Shown one piece after another: positions 35,701-46,464 of a DNA stretch of 64,000 bases. Source of the DNA: Perkinsus chesapeaki ATCC PRA-425 (taxonomy: Eukaryota; Protista; Perkinsozoa). Below the pieces are notes generated by a model, which saw only the letters and a list, made by a program, of their open reading frames with translations, searched no databases and was not told the DNA's origin. The position numbers and the translations under genes are program-made. The DNA lies in the NCBI GenBank assembly GCA_013115145.1, contig JAAPAO010000001.1:62001-126000 (forward strand), written 5' to 3'. The stretch's first letter is position 1, and each line of letters starts with the position of its first letter.

Positions 35701-37316
35701 CACGAACTGTCAATCGCTGCAAATATAAATGTCGATCGGTATACATATCATTAGCGTTTCTTATCAAGAACTGCCTTCAGAGGCCTTAAGCGAGGGAACC
35801 CAGTGATCGAGGTGGAGAATAGGCACCCTGCCGACCATCGGGGACTGGGGTATGGTGAACAAAAGAAGAGAAGGCGTGGAAATGGAGATGAACGAATGCG
35901 GGCAAAAGAGCCTATGAGGGTGAGCGTGGGTACGATGGTCGCCGCTATATTCTGTAGCAAGGTTGCGAAGGAAGTTGAGAACACGCTTCTTGGCAAACTG
36001 TGCAGCGGGGACTATCTTAAGGAGGCTTGGTAAGCGAAGGAGCAGAGATGGGGAATAGGTTGCTGCTTTGTCAGGTTCACTGAATGTGGTGTGCCGTTGG
36101 AGCCTTACGAAGTTAAACTGTCGAAGTTTGCCGACTCGGACATTCTTGATAAAGTCATCTATCATCGCACAGATGCAGTGTGGGAGAAGCCGGACAGGAA
36201 GGTGGAGGTCCCCATGGCAGAGCAGGATGAACTTGCCGAGATACGAGAAGTGGTGGAGCTGATGAATGTCCCAGTGGGAGAGTAAGCCACTTCCATCAGA
36301 CACTGCGTTGATTGCTTTCATTAGGAGGATACTCGAGATCAATCCAGCGAACGCGACAGAGTCTGTGGTAGAGTGTGAACGGATAGTCCGCTGCGAGCTA
36401 GGAACGTCTACGTCTGTGAGGCTACCAGATATGCACAAAGATGTCATCGCACTGCTGCCATCTGAGGCCACTTCAGAGGATATTGACACTGTGTTCGTTA
36501 GGATAACCCGAGGTGAGATGGTGCAGTATCAGCTAATCTAAGCTGAGAGTGTTTTTTTGGAATCCACTGTCATCGCGATTACCCGATAGTCATTCGGGTA
36601 GGAAATATTATAATTGTAGATACTGAGAAATAAATCGCGGGAAAACCGTCCGTATACCAACTTTTCTTCAGATGCTGCGTGCCCATACCCCCTGGAGCTT
36701 ACAGAATACGAGCTACATCACAGGCGAGAATGGCTTGGACCGATCATAGCGGCTATGAATTGCCACCCTCATCGAGCCTTGGTGATAGGCCTGCCACAGA
36801 GCACCCTCCTCACGCGGTAAGGCGTAACTGGTTGGTATACTAGGAGTTGGCAATCGTTGCGGTCAGGTGGTCTGCTGGTATCTTGCAAATACTGTCATTA
36901 GCCTTTTACCACACACAGCTGGTCACACCCGAGGACCCTGTCACCAAAGGTGCATGGATTGTATGCACTCATAGAGGATTCGATGAGGTAGGAGGCACAA
37001 CTGCTGTTTTAGACTTGGTGTTTTATGCCTTTACTATCAGACCATTCGAGACTCGGTACCCTACAGAGCATGTAGGCAGTTCCTCCAATGTCTCTATGAT
37101 GCCACTACAATGACTGAGGCCCGCGGAGGCTTCATTCCCAACGTCCTTCCCCCTCCCTATTTCACACAGGACTCCTTCGCCCGATACATTTGCGACTTCA
37201 ATCGAGAAGTTCTTACTACCGAATGTGAGCAGGTATGGACGCCCGAGAAGTCATCCGATTCAGCGAGGCCGGCGCCAGATAGTCCCAATGGTGCCTCCTC
37301 TACTATGAACAGTTGA
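32723..37316 (+). CDS. CMTR2: Cap-specific mRNA (nucleoside-2'-O)-methyltransferase 2 (CMTR2/FTSJD1) with Trp/Gly-rich N-terminal extension
   Basis: QAELCTNAWCKMMEML, CECPGGFISATNHHL, AITLNP|YFEGN, MIDDDAF and GVDDSGNVM match the CMTR2 catalytic domain. The later LLTR|WSAGILQILSLAF...AWIVC matches its second, degenerate Rossmann domain. The joint between the N-terminal exon (32723-about 33440) and the rest is not resolved. Confidence 0.85.
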
Positions 37317-37416
37317 TTCATTCCGCTCCCAGACGTCATATTTGTTTTACTGTTTCTGATGTCGCTTTTTTGAGTTCGTCAATAGCAGCACGGAACCCTC
37401 CGCTCGAAAATGACGA

Positions 37417-37472
37417 TTTTTTGGGCGCGCGCTTTTGTCGGCGCAATATGGGTCGGATCGCTGCACGGTCGC
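37417..37472 (+). promoter_or_regulatory. Candidate upstream cis-element (copy upstream of coiled-coil gene A)
   Basis: ttttttgggcgcgcgcttttgtcggcgcaa...gatcgctgcacggtcg is nearly repeated at 46362-46412, upstream of paralog B. Confidence 0.5.
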
Positions 37473-37540
37473 ATTAGAAGTGGGTGGCGGCTTCTACTGG
37501 GGTTTACTTAGCCATTACCAACTTTATTACGTCAATATCT

Positions 37541-40500
37541 ATGGTATTTCGGTCGGCTTTCCTCTCATGGGCCTTTTTCTTTATTGGAAAGGCCGAAGAT
37601 GTAAGTGGGGGCATATCTTGAGGTTAAACCATGAAGGATACGAAGAAACTCAACCTAGTGCTGCCTATTCGTGATTTATGGTTTGTATTCTATTAGGATA
37701 TCATGGATGACGACAATATACATGAACTATTAGCCCATCGAGCTCGAGCCCCTGGCTTTGAAGACGAGGTGAGCACACACGCGGTCGCAGCACCACCACA
37801 TGCGTATCTTCCTCGTTCGCTTCTTCAAGTCCCCTAAGTTGAACCCTTTGCCTTTGTCGAGCAGTCTTCCATCCATCCGTATTGTAAAAGAATAGCACAT
37901 GACATAACCATGGTCTCTCTGTTTGTCTTATTCGGTGATGATGCTTCTTAGGTGCATAACCTGGTCCGCGAGTATCCTGACATGGGCTCCGAATCCGAGC
38001 TCATTCAAATGCTTTCGAAGGTAAGCGGTAGGTTCCTTCCGGTACCGTATATATTTGTTATAGGTTGACTCACGTGCGGAGATGACCCTTTTCCACAAGA
38101 ATCGTCGGAGAAAGAACGATAGTCCCGAGCGAGCCTGTGAGGAGCGTGGTACAGATCCTGATGGAGACGATGACGATTGCCATAAGCGAAGGTGAGCCCT
38201 ATTCTCTGAAGTGATTCAGCTTGTTTTCCTTTGCACAGATACGAGATGATTAAAGCTATGCTGCAGCCGATGAAAGAAATCCATCAGGATAACGCCCAGC
38301 TGCAAAGCGAAACTCACGTAAGCCCTGTACATGTCCTTATTGTTATGTTTTGCTTCCTTAGAGCCTGGAGGAGAGATGGAAGCTAGCCAATGCTGAGCTG
38401 GAGGAAGCTATGGGCCTCACTTGTAAGCATTCAATAGCTCTCAAGTCATGACTGATTGACCCTCCTTAGATGGTCCGGGGTTCACCAGGGAAAACCCGAG
38501 TAAGAACAGCGGGTTAGTGAGCGAGTTCGGTCTCCTCGCTGGCTCCCTGCTCTCTTTGAAGGATGCCGCGGTGAGTCACGGTTGCCTGAGTATTTGGTTG
38601 AATACATCGTTGCTAGGTCGCTGCTGCTGATGAGGCCTGGGCGGAGCTTGATAAGGTTCACTATGGCATTATTGTTGATGTTGACACTATGAAGGGGGAG
38701 GTAGACAAGAGGATGGACACGGTGAGCCTTTGTTAGTGTTCTTGCCAGGGGAAGTTGTTCTTGCTGACGTTTAGCTCGTTAAAGGAGTCCAGTTCCAATC
38801 CACGATGCAAGCTGAATCCCAGATGCAGAACATGGTGGACTTGAATAAGCTAGGCAATAAATATATGAAGGAAACGGTGAAGTCGATCAATGACGGTCAA
38901 GTAAGCAATATGTCTAAAGATGGATGATTAGAAGGTGATGTCTTCAAGGTGCCGGTCGAGCAAGGGTTGAAGCAAACAATGAAAGCTAGGGACACCATGG
39001 AGAGAAGCACCACAGGATTCCTGTCGGACGCAGAGGACCTACTTGATGATCTCTCGAGTAGGATGACTAAGTTGCTTAGTTATTAATAATTGTTTTCGAT
39101 TTGCAGGTGAAGTTGAGGAAGTACCAGAGGTTGCGATGGAGGCTCGAGAGAAGGCTGAGACCAAAGCTGAGCAGGAGGTAGATAAAGCCAAGGATGAGAT
39201 CGATATGGCAGCTGATCATGCCCTCAATGAGTTTGTGTAAGTTGGAGGAGGATTGCTTGTTGAATAACAATAAGAATGCGCGGTGTCTTCTTTCAGATCA
39301 CAAACTGATGGAAAAACCGATAAAATAATGGAAGTTGGAGAGAAGCAAATTGAAGATCTGTCCACGGAGGCACGTGTAAGGATGACAACTTGAGGTTGGT
39401 TGTGTTGTTCTATACTTGTGCCATATAGGAACACGAAGAGGCTCGCCGGAAGGACGGAGAGAGCAAGGTTGAACAGCAGAATGAGGAAGTAGAGTCACTT
39501 CAGGTGACTTCACTAGTGTGGGCAGTGGTAGGGGTATGGCATTCCTTCAGACTGAGATACATAAAAAATATGAGAATGCTGAAGAGAGGGCCGACCAGCG
39601 TGTTGAGAGCTTTAGAAGTAGGTCATGGGCCGATAGTGGGAAGATGATTAGGATGTGTTAGATGAGACCGAGAAACCTTTGACACACGAGAGCTCATTCT
39701 CTGGTGACCTCGATGATGCTATTAAGAAGGTTGAAGGTGAGCCTACTTTACTTAGGTGCGTGGAACAAGTGTTATGTAACCAAATAGGTATGCTGTCCAA
39801 CTTCGAGGAGGCCGTTCAGACTGGAACGAGCCAATTACAGCAAGAATCTAGAGAGAGCTTAGACCCACTAAGGAAGTCGGTCGCTAAAATCCATGGTAGG
39901 ATATCTATTTCGCCCTGATATGTGATTACCTCAACCTTTTAGCTGCCTCCGGTGCTCATGCAGTTGAGCTGTTTACACAGATGGATAACTCATTAATGGA
40001 GGCTAATCGCGACATAGCCAGCACGTCTCGATTAGAGATGCAAAAAGTTATGGGTGAGTCTCAAATTATATCGGAATACTTGGCACTGATGATATTGTAA
40101 TTCACTGTAGGCAAAGTTGTTGACTTGAAGAAGAACCTGGGCTTGCAGAATAGCAAGCTGAGTGGCTTGTTAGCGCAGCTCTCAGACGCCCTCAGAAATG
40201 GCGAATATGAGCTCGCCGCTGAGTTGTCGATGCAACACAATGCACTGCAGTGAGTGCCGACGGGGCACGAGGAATATGGTTATTGGTTCATGTGCCTTAG
40301 GGCGGAGATGAGCCAGACAAGCGCTGCTTTGCAAGAAGCCATGTTCGATCTATCCCACAAAATGGCGCAGGAAGGGGCGGCACTAAAGGCAGATTCGTAT
40401 GCAGCTGGCAGGGAGATAAGCGTAAGAATTTGATGAGGAAGGAATTTAGTGAGTCTCTTGTTGGCTGTTCTCAGAGCAACATATCTCGTGGGGTGAGGGA

Positions 40501-43255
40501 CACAGAAGACAAGATGAAGGGCGTCCTTCGGGATCTCGAGAATACAGAGGCCGGTGTAGAACTGACTATGGATGAGAACAAAAGAGTAAGTCTAGAGTGT
40601 CTAGAGCCGCCTTCACTTTTTTAATCGGCTTGTAGGCCCATCTCAATGCCATCAACCACGCAATGATGTCAGCTAAGGGAGTTGATGCTGCACTAGCTGG
40701 AATTGACAGAGGTAAGGACGTGGCCCGAAGATATAGGTGAGGGAGCGTTGTGCATTTCAGAGGAGCATGCCATCAAGTCGGATTTAATGACACAACAGCG
40801 CAATTCAAAGTCGGTGATAGGGCACTTGGGGCAATCTATTTCCCGCCGGGAAGCCGCATTCGTAGGTTATCAGTATTGCAGTTAAGCTGTTATGCGGTTT
40901 TTAACTTCAGCTGAGAGAAGTGGCGAGGGTGTTAGCAACATCTGAGTCCAACGCTAAGAGGGCGATGGAAGAGGAAGGAAATGAGGCAAAGAGGGGATTC
41001 GGACAAGTGGCCTCGGAAGCGGCTCATGAGATACAGGTGGGGCTCTAAGGGATACAGCAGATCCTTGGGAATAATGAACTTCAGAGTTATGAGGCGGAGA
41101 ATTACCGGGCAGAGAGAGACTTAAAGTCGAAGATGAACATGAACAGTCAGAGAGCCAGGAGCCTTGGCTTGGAGCTTTCTGATGTGGGCCCAACATTTTG
41201 CTGTGTTCTCTGGAATGTTTGTCACTTAGATTGAGCGCGACGTGCAAAAGGTCATGGGTGAGAAGGTGAAGGACCTATCTGAAGAGAAAGAGGAATATAC
41301 GTAGGAGTGGCGAATTGCACAACCTGATAACGCCTATTAATTGCAGGGCGGACCTTCAACGTCAAACACTCAACAGTGATCGGGAAGTTGAGTCACTAAT
41401 GGGGCATTTTGCTCAGTCTCAAGAAAAAATAGAGAAGGATGTTCGTGAAGCGGTAAGCTACATGTTATTGCAGGGCTTTTGTGATGTTGGTATTTTTATT
41501 AGCTAAAGTCCAGTATGGACAAGGCGAGCGAGCGCAACAAGGAGGTATTGGTGAAGGCACAGGCAGAGGTCGCTGCTGGCCAGAAAGAGTATCTTGAGGA
41601 CAAATCCCGCTCAACGGTAAGACTTACACGAGCTCTGTGCAGCACCGTTGAAGGCTTCCCTTGTTTGCAGGTCATGACCAAGAAGCTTGAGGCAGACTCA
41701 AGTCGATTCCAGAAGCACTCAGAGAAGTATGCCCCATTTTAAATTAAGCCTAACCAACCAAATGCCCGTGACGCAGGTCCGAGAAGGAGATGGAAGAGAT
41801 TTTGCGCGGCATTGAGGCAAGCAAGAGCATGTTTGCGGACGAGAGTAGGGGCCTAATGAAGGAGTTTGTGTAGGGATAGCAGGAGGCCTTCGGTTGCCTT
41901 GGACGCTGCCTTTCAGGGATATATCCGGAAATGAAGAAAAGCGAATAACGGAGAAAACTGTTGAAATCGAGAAAAAGATGGCTGATTTGCCTCATAAATT
42001 TGATACGAAGGAGTTCGAGAAGGAGGCGCTTAAGTCGACGGAGGACATAGACTTGAGAATCACACAACTGGAGGAGAGAGCTAACACTGCGGAGACTCAA
42101 GAAGAGAGGGAAGAGGCCGAGAAAGGCATTGAAATGATGAAGAAGTTGAAAAAACTTGCTGATAAGGATCGTGTTGATGATGAGAAGCTAAAGAGCAAGC
42201 TAATAGAGAGTGAGGATAACGATATCGAAAGAACAGAGCAAGTTCAAGAGAGTATGAAGAATATTACTAACAACTTAGAGACTATTGAAACCTCCATGAA
42301 CGGTGGAAACAACGACCTTACAGATGAGCTTAGGGAGTTCTCTAAGAGGAACACAGGGCTTATTTCTGGTGCCGAAGGTGCGGTCTCGGAGGCAGAGTCT
42401 ATCTTAGCCAGAGAGCTGCAGCAGAGCCGTGCTAGCGCGAAGTTCGATATCGAGACAAAGCAAATCGCAAACGGTCGATTGCTTGATAGAACAGAAGCGG
42501 AGAGGAATCACTCCGCAGTTCTAGCGCGCCACGAGCAAGCTGTATTTATGGGGCTTGAACACGCTTCCAAGAATAATATCTCGAGGGTCTTCGAACAGGC
42601 TGCGAAGACGAAGATGAGAATGGCTAAAATGATGGGGGATGTGATGAGTGAATTGGCTCGAGTTGATATGAAATTTGAAAGTGCAGAAACCGGCGACAGC
42701 AGCGATATCGGCATTCGCTTGGCCCATACTCGACAAGCGATGAAGAGTATCCTGCAGCTTTGGGATCAGCATTCACTTGTTATGGGCAAAAATCTCAAAC
42801 GCTTCCAGAATGATGACACCGAATTTATTGAGCAACTCTCGATGCGTCTACATCAGGAGATGCTGAAGGCTGAGAATATATTGAGGAAGTCGAATGAATC
42901 GGTGAACTCGCTGCACAGGAAGCTGAATATGGGATACACCAAGAGCAAGGAGTTCGAGGCCTCGATAACCGATGATATCGCCAAGATAAGAGCAGAGGAG
43001 GCCAGGATAAACAACCGTACACAGACCCTCGTCGCTAAGATTAAGGACCAGCTAGGCGAGACGATGCAAAAGCAAGATGATCTTGACCAAAAGGCCCTTC
43101 AAACCGCTAGGACTACTGTTCAAAATTTCGAAAACGATATCACACAGAAGGCAGACGAAGCTTTAGCGAGTATTCGTTTGACAAGTAACAGTGTCACTCC
43201 GGCACCCGCTGCGAGCCCCAGCCCTAGCGGCCCTGGAGGTGGTACGAGCCCGTAA
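37541..43255 (+). CDS. Giant secreted acidic coiled-coil protein, paralog A
   Basis: Signal peptide MVFRSAFLSWAFFFIGKAED|DIMDDDNIHELLAHRA, many short-intron exons rich in E/K/A/L/Q heptads, and a 453-codon terminal open frame ending at 43255. No TM segment seen. Confidence 0.8.
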
Positions 43256-44058
43256 TTCCATGACTATGTCATTGGTCAAACCTACTTGTTGTATGAAATC
43301 AACCTTTTGCAGAGTTTATAGTTCTCAACGGCGGGAGATGTTTAACTTTCATCATCGCGAAGGGCGTGTTCTAATAGAGTACGCCTAGTTTAATGGTCAT
43401 GTAACATCGAAGACCTAGCCTTGGTCCAAGACTCTAGGCAGAACCGACGCAGTTTTCGGTCAATATTATGATAATATTATTATCCACTAGGAGCCGAAGG
43501 AACTGTTGTTCATCTACTTCTACCCCGCGAAGTCGACCCCACAGGCGGATTCTCCAATTTGTAGATCGCCGGTTCATGTCACGGAAAGCACTGCGCGACA
43601 TGCATTGGTGTTGAATATCTCGCAAACCTCATTACATTCCACTCATGAGTTTGTTTAAAATACGGGAGACATCCAAAACGGCAGTGAGGATGTCACTCGT
43701 CTTCGTAGCCGCCAAGGCTACGAGTAGATACGTGATAGGCTCGCTGTTACGAGTATATGTGTGCGGACAACCATCAGCTATGAGCGTGAGCGATAAGTTG
43801 CACGCGTGCTCCGAACTGTTCATTGCTCTCCATCTATAGTCATGTTGAGTTCCCCCAGTGGTCAGGTGACCGTATACAGGTATATGGCCCCATGGAATGC
43901 CCGACTCGGATCCATTGATATAATCATAAACGGCCAAACTAGTTTGTGACGTTGAAAAAAGGAGACATCGCTAAGGTCGCGCTGCACAATCCCGCGGCCA
44001 CTTCTAGGCTAGAGGGTCTTCCTTCTATAATACTGTCTAAATCAACAAATTCAGCGCT

Positions 44059-45217
44059 ATGCGTTCTTTTATCACTTTATCTGCTGTTGCCGCGGTCGCT
44101 GCCGCTGGTCAATGCTCCCAAGCCGATCATGATTTGTGGATGTCGTATGGACAGGATTTTGGCAATTTCGTGGGTTATTGTGGCCTTGTGTCTTTCGGTT
44201 CGGCCTCCGGTGCTGCCAACTGCCTAGTTGACGGTACTGATGGCGAGCTATCTGCGAGTTGCGCCCAATGCTATGGTCAGTCGGTTGCTTGTGGCGGGCA
44301 GCATTGTATGATGCAATGTTTGGCTGGTCCTGCTGCTCCTAAGTGCCTCGCATGCGTGGACAAGACAGAGTGTAACCCGGACCTTTACAAGTGCACTGGA
44401 TATGGACCAAGCGAGATGCCTCCTCCACCTACCGGCACTGCACCCCTTCCTAAGACCACCAAGGCGCCTACTACCACAACTACTGCTACTACGACTACTA
44501 CCACAACCACCGCTACTACGACTACTACCGCAGAAGCCACCACTACTGAGGCTGCCAGCACCACCACTACTGAAGCTGCCAGCACCACCACTAGTGAGGC
44601 TGCCAGCACCACCACTAGTGAGGCTGCCAGCACCACCACTNNNNNNNNNNNNNNNNNNNNNNNNNNNNNNNNNNNNNNNNNNNNNNNNNNNNNNNNNNNN
44701 NNNNNNNNNNNNNNNNNNNNNNNNNNNNNNNNNNNNNNNTACCGAGGCTGCCAGCACCACCACTAGTGAGGCTGCCAGCACCACCACTAGTGAGGCTGCC
44801 AGCACCACCACTACCGAGGCTGCCAGCACCACCACTAGTGAGGCTGCCAGCACCACCACTAGTGAGGCTGCCAGCACCACCACTACCGAGGCTGCCAGCA
44901 CCACCACTACCGAGGCTGCCAGTACCACCACTAGTGTTATGTCCACTACTATCTCCAGCAGCTCGTCGAGCGAGACTACATTAATCCCCACTACAACTAC
45001 TGGTGCAAGCTCTCAGAACAGCACATCTACCTCTACTTCGTCCTCGTCAACTACCACTCTTTCTACTTCCTCACGTACTCCTACTACCACAACGGCCAAC
45101 GCAGGAACTATTGATCCTGCTGGTGAGACTACTGCGAATCCAACAAGTGGGGCCTACACTTTAACAAGTGTTGCTTCAATTTTCATTGGCACTGTTGTTG
45201 CCATCGTTTTCGCTTAG
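44059..45217 (+). CDS. GPI-anchored mucin-like surface protein with 12-Cys N-terminal domain (spans assembly gap)
   Basis: Signal peptide MRSFITLSAVAAVAAA, a Cys-rich head, a Thr/Ser/Ala stalk, and a C-terminal small-residue omega site plus hydrophobic tail TSGAYTLTSVASIFIGTVVAIVFA*. Confidence 0.85.
44530..44931 (+). repeat. Coding 24-bp tandem repeat (TTT[S/T]EAAS) interrupted by an N gap at 44641-44739
   Basis: accaccactagtgaggctgccagc units occur on both sides of a run of Ns. The true copy number is unknown. Confidence 0.95.
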
Positions 45218-45817
45218 TTCCGTAGAATGTATTTGTGTATAGTAGCAAGGTTGCTGCTGACTGTTTTCGAACCAGGATGTTTAACGGTCGTCGAAGATAT
45301 GACTGTTGAACATACGTTACTATAAACGTCCTTGGTTTTTTCCGGCACCCATCAACGGGATACCGTCATGTTTACTACTGCTTTTCTCCCAGTCTAACCG
45401 TTGCGGTTTCAGCTCTAGTGTTTTGGGTTATTATTTGTGATGATAGGAATACGAAAAAAGAAGCAAGTTCGGAATACGAGAGCAGTTGAGAAATTTCTGG
45501 GGCACTGCGTTTGTATGAGGACCAACACCAAGTGTGAAAGTTGAGCACGAATGGCTCTTAGCTACGAGCCTCGTTATTGATGGAGAGGTTCGCTAATAGC
45601 GACTGTGTTGATACGTAAACACAAGTACAGAGACTTGAGAAGACTTGATCTGATAACTGGGAGTATAAGAACCGCGCCTAGCACGGTCGTCGAAGACCTT
45701 AAAAATCAACTAAGCTCGGCTGACTAAATTGGCCAATACTAGCATTGGCGTACGGCGGGGAAGTAGGTGCCGATTGAGACCTAGAGTCGAGTATCAAATA
45801 AACTAAATGTACAGTCA

Positions 45818-46204
45818 CTAATCGTGATAGTGAACAATTTCGATACTGTTGACTTTGATGTGGACTAGGTCATTTCTTTCGGAATACTTCAGTTCTTTCC
45901 AATCATCGGCAAGGAGATTATAATCTCTCAGCATTCTTGTCAAACCTTCAGACGATTGGTTAAGTGTGACTACGGTGGGGTCACTTTTATTAAAAACATA
46001 ATCGATATCGTAACCGTAATACATCAGATGGTTCCCTTTGGTCTTCCCTCCGAGATGGAGCGTTCCCTCCTCTTGAGCGGGCTCGGGGAAGTAAACCCAG
46101 AAGAAAAAATGGGGCAGAGTGCAGTTGATGTAGATACCTGTCGGTGGACCGGCTACAGCGTAGTTGAGTAAAGTTAGTACTACAAGACCAGACAATAACG
46201 CCAT
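45818..46204 (-). CDS. Small secreted protein (128 aa, single exon)
   Basis: An ATG-initiated intronless ORF with a clear signal peptide (MALLSGLVVLTLLNYAVA) and N-glycosylation sequons NCT, NKS and NQS. Confidence 0.75.
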   Translation of the reverse strand: MALLSGLVVLTLLNYAVAGPPTGIYINCTLPHFFFWVYFPEPAQEEGTLHLGGKTKGNHLMYYGYDIDYVFNKSDPTVVTLNQSSEGLTRMLRDYNLLADDWKELKYSERNDLVHIKVNSIEIVHYHD

Positions 46205-46361
46205 TTGATAACAACAAAAATGATAACCTTTAATGATACGAAGTGAGCTAGCTAGATCAGTTCAAATTATTCACATTCATCAACTTTGTGGCGAATCTGC
46301 AACACTTGTAGCAACCACATGATGGATTGTGGCCGAATAGTGTTTTTGCATCGGCGTGCCA

Positions 46362-46412
46362 ATTTTTAGGCGCGCGCTTTTTTCAGCGCAACTTGATCGC
46401 TCTGCACGGTCG
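46362..46412 (+). promoter_or_regulatory. Candidate upstream cis-element (copy upstream of coiled-coil gene B)
   Basis: tttttaggcgcgcgcttttttcagcgcaacttgatcgctctgcacggtcg, paralleling 37417-37472. Confidence 0.5.
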
Positions 46413-46464
46413 TAGGGTTGAATTGAACGGTTCCTTGAGCTATTACATTTTTTATCTCTATGCT

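Noticed and set aside
36540-36672. T7 run followed by a 7-bp hairpin (tacccga/tcgggta, 36580-36600) in a long CMTR2 intron, resembling an Sm-site snRNA end
   Set aside because: The Sm consensus is not met (no A before the U-run), the stem is short enough to be chance, and no other snRNA motif is present.
43434-43937. Two same-frame minus-strand ORFs separated by TAA TGA downstream of gene A
   Set aside because: No recognisable domain, ATG context or convincing splice rescue. It could be a decayed gene, but I cannot support that.
44641-44739. Run of Ns
   Set aside because: An assembly gap inside the mucin repeat, not biology.
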